Origin: Macrostomum lignano
Lineage: Eukaryota
Direction: 5' to 3'
DNA length: 64,000 nucleotides
NCBI GenBank assembly: GCA_002269645.1
Contig: NIVC01001561.1
Span: 124,001-188,000 of the forward strand
This document shows positions 11,309 through 24,300 of the stretch, one piece after another. Position 1 is the stretch's first letter, and each line of letters begins with the position of its first letter. A program made the translations under genes and the position numbers. The notes beneath the pieces were generated by a model. It was not told the origin of the DNA. It made no database searches and saw nothing but the letters and a program-made list of their open reading frames with translations.

Positions 11309-11834
11309 GTGCTTAGCCTGAGCAGCCATACGCAGCCTTCAGATGCGGCGCGCAATACGCTCGTAGCTGCAGCTGAGCTGTCGGTTGCACATCTGCGCAT
11401 TAAAGCAGGTGTAATTAAAAAAAACGAGTATCAGAATAAGCTGTGACTGTGGAATCGAACCCATGGACTTCAGCGCTATCAGTCCTCGTGCTAAATTAAT
11501 CCTTGATAGTGTTAAGCTATAGCGCCAACATTCAATTTAATGAACCTACATCGGACTTAGTTCAAAGCAGCAAAGAAGCCAATGCGAAATTTTATTTAAT
11601 TATAATTTTTTCCGCCGCGATGTTCGTACTCGTTGCTTTTAACAAAAAAATGGCCGGGACCAGCTATAGTTAAAATAGCATTATTTATTGATATCCATAT
11701 TAATTAGCTACAGTGTTTTACACGAAGAGATCCATAGAGCAGTAAAAATAAAAATATTTTTTAAAAGTTTACGATGTCTAGTTTTAGCGAAAAACGATAT
11801 AGCTACAGCAACGGTACAGCAACGGCACAGAATC

Positions 11835-11840
11835 TTTATT
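11835..11840 (-). promoter_or_regulatory. Candidate polyadenylation signal of the Shisa-like gene
   Basis: AATAAA on the minus strand about 400 nt downstream of the stop codon. Confidence 0.35.
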
Positions 11841-12244
11841 AAAATATCACCAATCGCCGTTTGAAATTTTTTTGGAAAAAATGGGATAAAATAGAAAAAA
11901 AACTGATTTTTATAAAATAATCAACAATCTTTTGTCTTTGTCGATTTTCGTCAGATAAATAGTAGAAAGCAAGGCGATGCATAGAAACTGCAAGCAACAG
12001 GTATTTGGCTTCCGTCCAGCAAGGTGGTGGTGTTCTCAAAGGGTTCAGTAAATGAAAAAGAGCGATTATGAATTCCTTTTTTAGATTATCAGAATGAGAA
12101 GCAAACAGTTTGCCGCAATTCTTCTTTAAGCTTTAAAAATTTTCAGGTTCGATTCAGTTCAGCTCCTCCAGACTCCCTTGTCCACTGGTCTTGTTCCCCC
12201 AGATTCTTCTAGCTTCATCGAGCACAAGTGTCTCAGGCCATCAA

Positions 12245-12850
12245 TCAGAACCAGGAGTCCTGCACCTTCGCCTTGAACTCTTCCGGTGCCTCCAGCTTCA
12301 GATTGGCCCGCCTGGTGTCATCGACACTCGTCGGGGATTCATCCTCTTCTTCGAACGCGTCTGGTTCGCCGTCGTGTTCAGCCCCGTCCTTGGCGGCGTA
12401 CTTGCGGCGGTGCTCCTCCTCGAGGCGGCGGCGTTCGACGCGGTCCCGACAGCAGATCAGGCTTTCCTCCAACTTGTGCTGCTTGGGCCGCCAGGCGTCC
12501 TCGATGCGGCCGATGCAGGGCCAGGTGTCCCTGTCGCACCAGGTGCAGATGTACACGATGATGCCCAGGCCTAGGGCCACTCCGATTATTCCGAAGGCGA
12601 TCTTCAGCATTCGGCCAGTTTCGGTTGGCTTGCAGCAGCCTTTCTCGCCGCCCACAGTGCAGCACTCCGTGCGACCCTCCTCGGCCGCTTCAGAATTCGT
12701 GCAATCCTGGTAGTTTTCCTTCGAGTAGGGCTGGTTCGAGTCCTTCAAACACTTCTCATTGTAGCCTTCTGGAAGCTCTGCCTCAGCCCCGAATGCTGGC
12801 TGCAGAAACAGCGGCAGCAACAGAAGAAGCAACGCAGACCAGTGGCGCAT
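12245..12850 (-). CDS. Shisa-like (STMC6-type) single-pass type I membrane protein, 201 aa, intronless CDS
   Basis: Signal peptide MRHWSALLLLLLPLFLQPAFG; short ectodomain with a C-C-CC-CC six-cysteine pattern (CLKD..DCTN..ECCTVGGEKGCCKP); TM IAFGIIGVALGLGIIVYIC; juxtamembrane cysteines; charged cytosolic tail; GC3-rich codons. Confidence 0.8.
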   Translation of the reverse strand: MRHWSALLLLLLPLFLQPAFGAEAELPEGYNEKCLKDSNQPYSKENYQDCTNSEAAEEGRTECCTVGGEKGCCKPTETGRMLKIAFGIIGVALGLGIIVYICTWCDRDTWPCIGRIEDAWRPKQHKLEESLICCRDRVERRRLEEEHRRKYAAKDGAEHDGEPDAFEEEDESPTSVDDTRRANLKLEAPEEFKAKVQDSWF

Positions 12851-14439
12851 TTCGTTTTGATGTTGCAGAACTTTGGCTATACCAGCGATTAGTATTGGAA
12901 TCCTGTCTCCCTGCCTGCATGTCTGCGCTTCCCTAGTGACGCCAAATTTGTAGCCAACCAGTCTCTGCTGGCGCCACCCCAACAGCCGCTGACAGCCCAT
13001 TGTTTCTCTGGTCTTCCCCACCCTCCTCTCCTTAACCGGCTCTTCAATTTCTGTTGCTTATCTGGGCTCCAGTTTCAGCTCTATCGCCCCCTCCCTCTCT
13101 TCCCTCCGTGCCCGTCCATGCAGCAGATCGATGTTGGCGAGCGCTTGTGAAGGCCAGAACGGTGGGGTGTTTGAGTTGCTGGCTGCCAAGGTTCTCTGCG
13201 CAGCTGTGTGGCTTGGGCAGACAATGCGCGTGCAGCCTCCGGGACCTTGCTTCGTCGGGGTAGACCTTGCCAGCCACTCTGTTTGCTCTCTTGCCTTAGA
13301 ATTGGGAAGGATGCATGGAATTAAAGCCTTCAGCGCTGCGACTGGGGGTGGGGGTTGTGGAGTAAAACTGGTGAAGCCGTGTTTTGCTGCGTTGCCCCTA
13401 ACAACTAAAACGGAGGGTAGGAGAGAGGAGCAGCAACAGAAAGAGAGGAGAGGAGGCAACTGAAGGCAGCTAGGTGATAGAGCGTGTAAAACGAGGAAAT
13501 TGTTGCTGGCATATTCCATGCAAGCGCACCAGTCAATGCTGCATGCATGGCTTTGAGGGGGGTCCGTCCCTGACTAGTAGACACTGTCAGAGAGCTTTCC
13601 GGCTCCTCATGCAAGGATAGAAAGGCTCTCAATAGCTCTGAATTGCTGCTTTAAAAGCTATTGACCAAAGTCCCAGCGTGTGACAGCTGCAGTGCAGCCG
13701 CTGTGGCGTCACTGCTTAACCATGAAACATAGCTAGGTATGCGCGAAACAGCGCAGCTTCACTACTTCCCATCAAGCTCAACATAGCTTTGCAAAATTTA
13801 GTCGTATTTGTTTTTATAGTTCCATTTTGAGGTGGCTGACTTTGCGACGTTTTGCGTTGTGTTGCGCAATAAAGTCAGATTTTGAAGAAACTTACAAGGC
13901 GTACCAAAGCTAATGAGACGATATTGCTTGTAAGAAACCACCCATAATTTTAAAGCTACCCCTTAAAAGTACCTTAAAAGTGGCCGTTACAAGCATTCAT
14001 TATTCAATTGATTATTCAATTTTCATATGATTACCATCAAAAATTTGTTGAAATAGATGTGCGAGAGTGACATAAGAACCAAAATCACAGATGTAACTGT
14101 TGTCAAACATTCATTAATGATCGATCATCAAGCTTTACAGTTTATTTGCATATCAGTTTCTATTTCGTCTATTGGCGATTACGGAAAAATTCCTTTTAAG
14201 CATATTATTATCCACCCTAGTAACAGTAGTGCGAATGGATTGTTAGAAAAAAATAATGCAGATCGGCTTCACTGCTCGTGCAATTAACGGCCTTGAGGGG
14301 GCCATAAATAAATTTAGGGCCACTGTACACTCCTGTGTGAGCAGTAATGCCTCTCGCCGGTTGTGTGACAATGTCAGGGTGCACAGCCCCTTGCCTCTAT
14401 GTTAAAAGTCGCATGGACAGTTTACAACGACGGGGCAGA

Positions 14440-14893
14440 TAACGAGCCGGATAGCTTCCCGACTTTCTCGGATTCCATGGTATTCAAGCACCACTAATTA
14501 TTTACCAAAGACATGATTGGTAATTTGAAAGAGTTTACCAATGCCCCTACATGGGAGGGCTGTGCATCGTTGAGAGCAAAGTGTTTGACCAGCAGCTACC
14601 ACCAAGTCTTATGGCGACCAGTGTTGTTTATGAGAGAAAACTGTCGGTCTCGCCACCGATTCCAGCAAATCTTATCTTTTCTGAAGTTCTACGACTAGTC
14701 CAAGTTCTATCGCGTTGCTGAGAATGACGTTCCACTTTGAGAATTCCGCTCTTTCCTTGAATTTAGTGTAGGGAGCTTGATAGCGCAGAATTTGTCAACC
14801 TGACAGGAACGTCACTGTCGACAAGGAGCTTGTTCAGCACAAAGGACGCCTGGCGCTAGAGCAGCATATTCCCCGGCTAGATATGGCGTTAAA
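14440..14893 (+). pseudogene. Degenerate piggyBac-family transposase fragment
   Basis: Reads SRHRFQQILSFLKFYD* (piggyBac MSRNRFxQILRFLHFxD) and PDRNVTVDKELVQHKGRLALEQHIP/ARYGVK (piggyBac xTVDEQLVPFKGRxxFRQYIPxKPAKYGIK), with stops and frameshifts. Confidence 0.7.
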
Positions 14894-15603
14894 GCATGAC
14901 TCAAAGACCCGTTTGGCAGCGACATCGTCGACTAAAGCCTGTCCGTCTGAAGCCTGCTGAATTTTTTCTACTCTTTGTTGACGTCTATTTTCTCCTCCCG
15001 ACGACTGTCTTAGTTTCTACTCGCTCACAATACCTTATTACCAGCTAGGCCCATTTCAAATTCCAGTATGGAGCATTCCAGTCGAGGTCCAGCGGATTCA
15101 AACAATGCCTTTATTCCACTACCTACATTCGAATCGGCGATTCAGAGTGCAGAGAAGTGCTCAGAGAACAGAGCACTTGCGCGGCAGCGGTAAACGGTGT
15201 AAAAAATAATTGGGGGGGGGGGTGCTGAGAGATGCTGAAAGTTAAAGGCGGAGTGTTGAGGATTAAAGGATTAAAGGATCCAAGGATTAAAGGGGGAGGG
15301 CCAAGACCTCAAAGTTAAAGGGGGGTTGAATCGCTTACTTTAAGAGACCACCAATGGTAACTAGATGATTATAATATTCTTTGCAAGTAGCCAGCGTGCA
15401 TTGGAAAGGCTTTTTCACTGTCTTAGTTGCCTCTCTAACTAATTGTCTATAAGATTTCTAGGAATTTTCTTTCATTCTGGGCAATAACGAAATTACCACT
15501 TATCATTTTATTACCATTAAAATTTGAGTCCACTGGTTTCTCACTCATAAAGACTGAGGCGTGACGAAAAACGCCCGATCGTAGCACGAAATTCAGACAT
15601 GTT

Positions 15604-15838
15604 TACCGTAGAGTTTTAATTAGCCCACCCCCCCCCCCCCTAGAAAGGATCGCGGATGTGTAATTAGTAGATACCAGGTTAAGTAAAACGCAGAGACACA
15701 GTTGGGTGTATATATGCAAATACGAGCGTAATAATAATATTTTAACGTTCTATTTTTTATTTAAGAATAACTTTTCACTGACCAGGGGGGGGGAGAGTTG
15801 GGATATACGGTGAAAAATAGCAGGGTTAATCTACGGTA
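15604..15838. mobile_element. Possible degenerate Tc1/mariner-type MITE
   Basis: TA|CCGTAGA....TCTACGG|TA termini with further imperfect inverted similarity (TTAGCCC / GGGTTAA, C-run / G-run). Confidence 0.3.
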
Positions 15839-17489
15839 CAAATAGGCAATAAACCGCTGCTTCTGGCTAGCTATCCAAGGCCATGCAGGCATGGGCTGAT
15901 GTGTATGCGGTTAACCCTGACACCGAAACCCATCAATATGAAATATGAGTTATCAATTAACGACAGAAATATAAGTTTATAACACACGGAGATTAGCGGA
16001 GTCTGTTGCTGACACAGGAAACAGGAAAATTGGAAGACATTGACACAGCAAAAGATTTTAAGACCGTAAATTTTTTATCACAAACACATGGATTCTGCAT
16101 TTAAAAAATATCCAATTACAGCAAATTCAACGCACGAAAAAAGAAACATTGTGACATCCGATAGTGTCGAATTCATATTCCATCGAATACCTTAATTGAT
16201 TAATAATAAGTAAAAACTTTGACACCGTGAAGTTAAGACTGACAGAAAAAATCTATTGGTGGGTATAGTGTGCAATGAGCCTTTAACTGAATACTATTTA
16301 CCGGAAGGTCATAGTCTGAGCTGACTCGATCATGCTACGACACAAATAATAATGATAATTTCCCACAACAATACCTTGTAGTATGAGCAGTAATGACTTA
16401 AGTATATGTTAGTAGAAAATTTGGGAAGACTTTAAAAATGGCTTTTTCCATTTGTTCGTGTTATTGCTATATCAGGACTCGAAGAAACAAAACAGACTGT
16501 TGACAGAATTTAGCTTGAATAGTATTTAGTAATATTTTGTAGTATACTTAGCTATTGTTTAATGTTTAGTAATATTTAGAATTTAGTAATTCATGTAAAT
16601 CCAATTCGAATTTCTTATAATTCCTGTTTTGTTATAAACGGTGCAATTTGTTCGTGTGAATTTTAGTTAGTCGGTATAATGCAAGCAAAAGGAATTCGAC
16701 CAAAAATATATAGTAATAAAATAGAAATAAAACGCAAAAAAAGTCGCCAATGAAGTTTGAATGGATAGAATGATTGATGCCAATAGGGGTTAGCGTGCGT
16801 CATATAAATATTTATGCAATGTTTTATAGTAATTGGGCGACGTAGTCAACATGATAACGTGAATATAACTGCATTGAATAACGCAAAGGTATACCACAAG
16901 GAGCGTATATCAATATCAATGTTTTTAATTGTGTGTAAAAATAAATCAGACAAGCAGGTGCTTGAAGCTGGAAGTCACTGCATTCACACGCCGACCATCC
17001 TTCTGGCTGTGAGACCCTGAAATTGGAATTGCAGTGGATTTTCATCTCAACATCGGAAGAATAAGCTGAACTCCAATTCACCTTGCTGTGATAGGATTGC
17101 AGGTGTGTGAGCTGCGGTAGAAATAGAGTTTCCACCCCTAGCACAGTGCCAGCACTGTAAATACAGCACAAACAAGTTCCGTGCGGTTTGCGGACGGTCG
17201 GGTTTAGAGAGTGCAATTCTACATACTGCTTCTATTATTAATTCTGTCAAAAGTTAAATATAAACAGATCATGATGTCTATGGTCAAAAGTCAGCTATTT
17301 CTTCAACAGCTGGAATGAGATGACTGAGAGAGAATTTCTCTGGAAAATGATCATATTACACATTTTCACGTTCAATTTTGATCAAAGTCCAGTTCTAAAA
17401 AAACTAGCGGAAATTCAATTCAGACTGAGGATAACTTTGTCTATGGCTAAACCTTACTTCGGTTAGAATGTTTTGAGCTGGGGTTAGAC

Positions 17490-17879
17490 CATGGATGAAT
17501 GAATAGAATGGATTGCTATTCTGGCTCTGGCTATTTTCGTTTTTGACTCTTTTGCATCCGGTTCCCCCCCGTGCCTTTTCATTGGTTGATGATTGCCATA
17601 GACAATTTTCGGCCTTCGCCCCTTTCTTTCGATGCACAAGCGCTTTTGCTCGTGTTTTGAAATAAAGGGGGAAGACCTACGAGCGCTCGATATTCTCTGC
17701 AAGTAACTGACATTCTCAGTTCTTTGCGCTTGTGCATCGAAAGAAAGGGGCGAAGGCCGAAAATTGTCTATGGCAATCATCAACCAATGAAAAGGCACGG
17801 GGGGGAACCGGATGCAAAAGAGTCAAAAACGAAAATAGCCAGAGCCAGAACAGCAATCCACTCCATTCATTCATCCATG
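17490..17879. mobile_element. Non-autonomous P-element-superfamily-like MITE (390 bp)
   Basis: 154-bp TIRs (17490-17643 / 17726-17879, about 3 mismatches) starting CATGGATGAA, 82-bp spacer, exact 8-bp TSD GGTTAGAC at 17482-17489 and 17880-17887. Confidence 0.85.
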
Positions 17880-18278
17880 GGTTAGACTGGGCCCAAGTCT
17901 ATAGACAGCAGTCGTCTGCTTGCTAACCACTGGCACAAATTCAATGCAGGAGCAGTTTCAGCTTCACAACATCAGAGAACGCTGTCTATGGTAAAAAAGT
18001 AAATGCCCGGGAAGCTTCACACACAGTTTAGCCGCGAGCTGGTTAAAGCAAGTACCTATTAGACCGCGGAAGCGTAAAATACGACAATAGTACAGTAGTT
18101 TTATCACAAGTTGGGCGAAATTCAATTGATTCATACTGTACTGCAAACTGGCTTCCCAGAGAACACTCAGAGGCTACTACCAGGCTTTGAATTACTTTAG
18201 ATGTTAGTTATCTATATGGCTTCTTAAGCTCTAAAATTACCGCTAATTGTATAGAACTATAGAAATTAACCTGCCTTA

Positions 18279-18311
18279 TCAAACTCCGACTACTTTTCTG
18301 GCAACGAGGCC
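18279..18311 (-). CDS. Ferlin terminal exon ([10 protein letters not shown])
   Basis: Acceptor gtttgttttcag; typical short luminal ferlin tail. Confidence 0.7.
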   Translation of the reverse strand, partial: GLVARKVVGV

Positions 18312-21300
18312 CTGAAAACAAACGATGTATGCATGGTTTCACTTGGATTTTTGGGCATAGATCGACGAGAATTAAAATTTTCGTTCTGGATTCCCGCTTG
18401 AACTGCTAGAAATTGATATTGTCCACCGTGACATGCATCTGGGACTCGTGCCCCCCCCATCTGTATGTCTGACAATGAGAAAGTCAGGACCGCTCTGCAC
18501 CTTGTTCTGTTCAGGGGTTCAACGGTCAACGGTCAACTATAGGTGATAGTTCCTCTACGGCGGGACTATCAGTTCGAAACTCGCTCACGGTGGAATCCCA
18601 ACCAGTGAAATCCCAAGAAGCAGCCTTATTGTGTCACACATTTGAATCCCAAATCCCTTTTCATCCCTGGCAGTCCCAATTCCCTCGTTCTTGATTCGCC
18701 TTTCCCCTTCCTCACCGGAATGGCATAGATGAACAGCACTAGAAGCAGGCCGAACACAACAGTTAGCAGAGCGCCAATGATGTACCATTTGAAGTTTTTC
18801 CACACAATGTACTTGAAGGTCTTCCACGGAGATGTGAACCACAGGAAGGAGGTCTCCGGTCGCCTGAAAGCAAATAGTATTGTGATCAGTTCACCTGGAT
18901 TGCATCTCCTTAGCTAAAATTTTGGAATGATAAGCACTCCGCATGCAGAGCGGAATCTGTCCGTCTATTGCTACCGCAGGTAGCAGTAGGAAGTGACACT
19001 TCAAAATCATGGTCAAACATAATTTTTGGCCCACTTTCCTTCGCCGTAGCGAGAACAGAATTAAAGTTTTTCTGCTTTTTCGCATCAAATTGAGATACCA
19101 ACTCACTTTGGCGGGTCCAGGTGCGGATTCTCATTCGGCTCGTCTTGTCCGAGTCCGGCCGGTCGGAGAGCGGCCTCCTCGGCCGTCAGCAGCTCCAGCT
19201 CCATCTCTATTTTGCCCTGCAAGAGTGAATTTTATTAAAAATATCTGATTACACGGGTGTTTTACGAACGTATTTGTTAGACGTTGCAAGTTTAACGCTA
19301 CAAGCGCTGATATCGTATCAGGGGTTAGCAAGAAAGTGCAGATCAACAATACTGCGTGTCTCTAGCGCTATGTTTTAGGTTTAAAATCAAAATCAAATAC
19401 AGGAAGTTTATATTGGTGTTTTACTTATTAGCTGGGCTTACAAATTCAGTTTATAAAGTATATAAATAGATCGCAGTTAGACAGACAATTAGTGTTTTTC
19501 AAAGCAATGCACTCAAACAAGCATGTTGAGAGTGTTTACTGCTATTCGATGTTTGAAACCCTGTAAATCACAAAGATGATAGGATAAGTTTATTGAATTC
19601 TAAACTAGACAAACTCAGCAATCATCTATTTGAAAAGTCTAACAAATCCACGCCCAAACAACCCCAACCGACTTTCCCTGCTATCTGACCAGCTTGCCAA
19701 CCAAGTCAATTCCCAAACTCCAGCTCACCGTGAGCCGTTCGTCCTCCGGTTTCTCGTCGTTCACGCAGGGCCAGTATCCGTAGGCGCGCTTGCACTCGAA
19801 CAGGTTGATCAGCTTGATATCCTTGTTGTAGGCTGGCAGCTGGTCGACGCCGCACTGCCTTGACTTCTTTTTAGGCGCCGGCATGCTGGACAAGTTGAGC
19901 TCCAGAGTGCCAAGGAAATCGTCAGCCGAGAATTTGTCGTTGTCCCAGATTTGGACGACCAGATTTGGCGGCAGGAACTGCTCGGTGGCGTCCAGGGAGA
20001 AGATGTGCTCCTTCTTTTTCACCACCATCACGTTCTCTGTCGGCAGGTACTGCATGGGGAACTTGAACCGCCAGTTGAAGTTACCTTCGCCGTCAAGACT
20101 GCGGTAGTGCACGTCTGTCTCCTGCTTCTCGTCGATGCCGGCGAGCCAGCCCTGGGAGAAGCACGTCGATTTGATGTACGTCGATTAATGGTTCAATGCT
20201 TGAAAACTAAATCTGAGCTGAGTTGAAGAATGTAACGACCGACTCTGACGGAGAGCTCATTTAAAAACTTTAAAGCAAAGGCCACTGTTGGTCAGAGAGT
20301 CAGTCATGGACCACTAGAAGTTGCACATGACACCCAATTTTAATTGAGTGATGGCGTACATGTAGCTATGAGCTAGAGTAGCTATGAGCTAACGTAGCTA
20401 TGAGCTAACGCAGCTATGAGCTAGCGTAGCTATGAACTAACGTAGCTATGAGCTAGCGTAGCTAACGTAGCTAGCTCGTATGAACTAACTTAAGCGACCA
20501 AGCACAGGTCGGTTTCAGGTAATTGAACGAAAAAATGTTGAAAAAACTCAAAGAAATTAGGATTGAAAGTTTCGATAGTGCATCAAAGTTCATTCGAGGT
20601 AACATACCTTGACGTAGATGTCGGACATGGCCTCGCCAGTGATGGAGATCTCCTCCAAGACAACGTCCTTCGTGTTCCAGATGATGATGCGCAGCTCGTA
20701 GTCTTTCGGCTTGCGCGGCTCAATGTTGATGGGAATTGGCGGCGTGCCGAACTGCGCCGGGAAGATGTCCACCCAGCACTGCAGCTTGCCCTGCTCGATG
20801 CCCGGCTGCAGCGGCGAGTACAGCGGCCGGGTCTCCACGTGCTCCTTCACCAGCGGCAGGCAGTTTAGCACGTGAAGCGCCAGTCGCTCATCGTCTGGCC
20901 CGTAGTGCGGATTCGATTTGCGATTGGGCTCGAAGCTGTCCAAGTAGAACGTCTTGGCACCGAGGCGAAGACAGTCCGTGCCTTCGAACTGCGGCTCCGG
21001 CAGGTAGTTCTTGCCGCAGAAGTCGGCCAGGATTTCTTTGGGCTTGCGAGAGTCACGCCATTGATTTGGGCCCTCAGCGTAGTAGGATTGCGGCAGGCCG
21101 ACGCAGGCGTTGAACTTGCTCAGGTAGCGATTCTCCAGGTCGATCACCGTCTCGCCGATTACGTCGTCCGAGCTGAGAAAGTCGTAGTCTTTGATGCGGA
21201 TGTAAAGATCCTTGTCGATTGGCAAGATGCATTTTAGCTCGAAGACTCTGCAATTTGATGATTAAATCTATAATAGGGATCTTTACATTTTGAAAAGGAA

Positions 21301-24300
21301 AGAAGAAGAAAGGAAGACGGAAGGAAGGAAGGAAGAAGGATCTAAGAACAGAAAGATTGAGGGGAGCAAAGACATGGTCAAAGCGCCAGGCTTACTGTCC
21401 GAACACAGGTGACAAGCAGTTAGGAATGTATTTGTCCTTGTTGTCCACTCGCTTCTTGCCCAGCTCAATTTCAACGTAGGGATCGGCCAGTCCGCTTGGA
21501 TCGTTCGGCTGCAGATCGATCGCCTTGATGGTGTAGACCCGGACAATGCAGTCGACGGGATTTGAATCCGGGATGCCTTTTTCCAGCTGTTTCAACGGCA
21601 ACGGCAGTCCGAGGTCCTCCGGAAGCGGGTAGATCCTGAACGTGCCTTTGAACTCGCCGACAACGTTACCCTCATCGTCGTCCAGATTTTTGCCGCGCTG
21701 GAAGCCGTAGGTGCTGCAGAAATCGCTGAAGTTGTCGAAGTTCTCCGAGAACTCCAGAGAATGTGTGTACAATTTGAGCGTGTCATAGCCAAGGTCGACG
21801 TATTTGCGACACTTTTTAACATCGCCAGTGCTGGCGTAGTACTTGGACCACCAATCGATGTCTTCATCTAGCTGCGAGATGTCAATCTGTAGGTGTTAGT
21901 ATTGTTTATTGACAAGAGTTTGAAGTCAGTTAACTCTTCCTTAGAAGTCTAAGAACGTTGCCCTGTTGGCATGTCCTTTTTCAACTGTTTTTTAAAAAAA
22001 AGCCTCGTATTAACAGATATTTTCCTATCTCATTGGCTGATGGTAGAACTTAACATTCAATAAAACTAAGGAAGTTGCTTTTCAAAGCCTGAACTAGCCA
22101 GGTTTCTTGGCACAAAACCGGCTTTCTCTTCCTATGCGCCTACGTACCGATTTCTGAATATTCCAATAACGCCCTGTTTATGTTATGCATTCTACAAAAT
22201 TCCATGTATAGAACACGCGCATTACTTTAGATAGCTTCCGGTTTCTAATAGTCTTCGTGCAGGAATGAAATACGTCGTAGTCTATGGGACAATCGACAAT
22301 GGGGGGATTCCCCGCTTGATCTGCTTGGTTATCAACTTCACTGACAACAGCTGTACTACGTGTACCAGAGTACATTCGAATAAAACCATTGTAAGATTAA
22401 CAAATAATAAATTGAAAAACAGTGACCGTTGCCAGATACAAGATGAGGAAATAAATATATTATACTTAGCAGGAAGTTTGTGCGTATTAATCAATCAATT
22501 AATTATCATTGCACTCTATCGCTGCCATTCATTTCAACGAAATCTAAGTAGCGAGAATTTGCTAAAACTGTAGGAAGTTTCCCTTTCCAACCCCGCCGAT
22601 ATGAGGGACCTGATTTCGGTTCGAAAAATTCCGATTATTCGATTTAAAAAAAAACTTCAGGGACAATTTTGTTTTCAGCATTAGTGCCAGACCACTAAGG
22701 ATGTCAGCAGGTTCACGAGAGCCTGGCAGTGTCGTGTTTGAGCTTCAATTAGTGCGCTAGCTTTCAACAACATCAAAATGCTGGAAACTGGTCGAAAAAT
22801 TTTAAAGAAAAGTGGTGCGTGGTAACTTTTGGCCTATTCTGAATCATTGTGCTGCAACTAAAATGGGTATGCGGGTTGGGGTAAGGTTATAGGGCTTGGG
22901 TGTGGGGTGTAGGGTGTGGGGTGTGGGGTGTGGGGTGTGAGGTAGGGTCTGGCTGTGGGTACCGCGTATGGGATGTAGTATGGGATACGGTATAGGATAT
23001 GGTACGATATATGTTATGGGATACAGTATGGGATACGGTATGGGATACGGTATGGGATACGGTATGGGATACGGTATGGGATATGGTATGGGATACGGTA
23101 TGGGATACGGTATGGGATACGGTATGGGATACGGTATGGGATATGGTATGGGATATGGTATGGGATACGGTATGGGATACGGTATGGGATACGGTATGGG
23201 ATATGGTATGGGATACGGTATGGGATATGGTATGGGATACGGTATGGGATACGGTATGGGATACGGTATGGGATACGGTATGGGATACGGTATGGGATAT
23301 GGTATGGGATACGGTATGGGATATGGTATGGGATACGGTATGGGATTTTCTAAGAGTTATGGTGTTACACATCGCATTTGAACGAGTACACTAGAATAAA
23401 AGTGGACTAAGTAAGATTTTCGCACATAAAACCGCACCCGAATGTCAGCGAGTGCAAAGTAGGGGGATAAGCGGAGAAAAATATGAGGTCGCAAAGCGGG
23501 GGGACAACAAATAAAGCAAAAATTTGAGTGACCCATTGAACAACAAACCCGCCGCCACCTGGGTTGCTGTGCTGGCGAACTAAATTAGCGACACTTCGAC
23601 CACCGGCATGGGATCAAGCGGCTAGTGGGGAGTTTTTATCAATGGAAATTCTACAGGCTGTACTGAAGCCATTTCGCTCTGGCTTCCTGCTGTCACCAAA
23701 CTGACCGTTTTACCCTCGTCGGATTTGAAAAAATTGAAGTTCATCTTTTTGGCCTTGAGCTCCTGCGGAGATTGCGTATATAATAATTCGACGTCGATCA
23801 GATGAAGCCAAAATTGTCGAGCTGGAAGCTGGATGGTCTAACCTGGTCTTTAAGTTTTAATCTAATTATTCACTAAGGAGCTCAGAGTCCTGTGCGACTT
23901 TGTCATTTTTATTTAGGATAAGCCATTTTGGCAGCAAATATTGACAATGACAATGCTTTTCCGAGGTTGCCGTTTATTCTGATAAAGTTTTTTTGTAAAC
24001 GGAATTGTTCTCCGCCTTGCCCTTGTCTAAACTGGCTCAATTTACAATTTAGAAGTTTAAAAAAGTGAGATCACTGTGCTAACTATTTCATATCCATGTT
24101 ACATTCGACGATTATTGACGATTTCGAGGCTCGCTACTTGTACTTTTAAAAGCCAACCAGAATGCTCAGCCGCACAGGAGCTCCCTCAAATGCTCTCCTA
24201 GCAACTATTTTATCTAACTACAGAGACGACAGCAGGAGGCAGGTGTATTTACTTTGTTCTTCTTTTTTCGGCGTTTAAGAAAGCCGGGAATTCTGCTGCG

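Noticed and set aside
13044-13632. Several overlapping GC-rich ORFs
   Set aside because: Most simply the 5' UTR/promoter region of the Shisa-like gene; no coherent protein.
16824-17250. 130-aa minus-strand ORF downstream of ferlin
   Set aside because: No recognisable motif or splice context; possibly decayed TE sequence, but unsupported.
22887-23394. GYGM-repeat ORF resembling glycine/tyrosine-rich structural proteins
   Set aside because: A 12-bp intronic minisatellite open in several frames on both strands; no splice or signal context.
23714-23762. Alternative donor G|GTAAAA for the small ferlin exon
   Set aside because: It gives phase 1 and an immediate stop in the next exon; the donor at 23705 (GTCAGT) keeps the frame.
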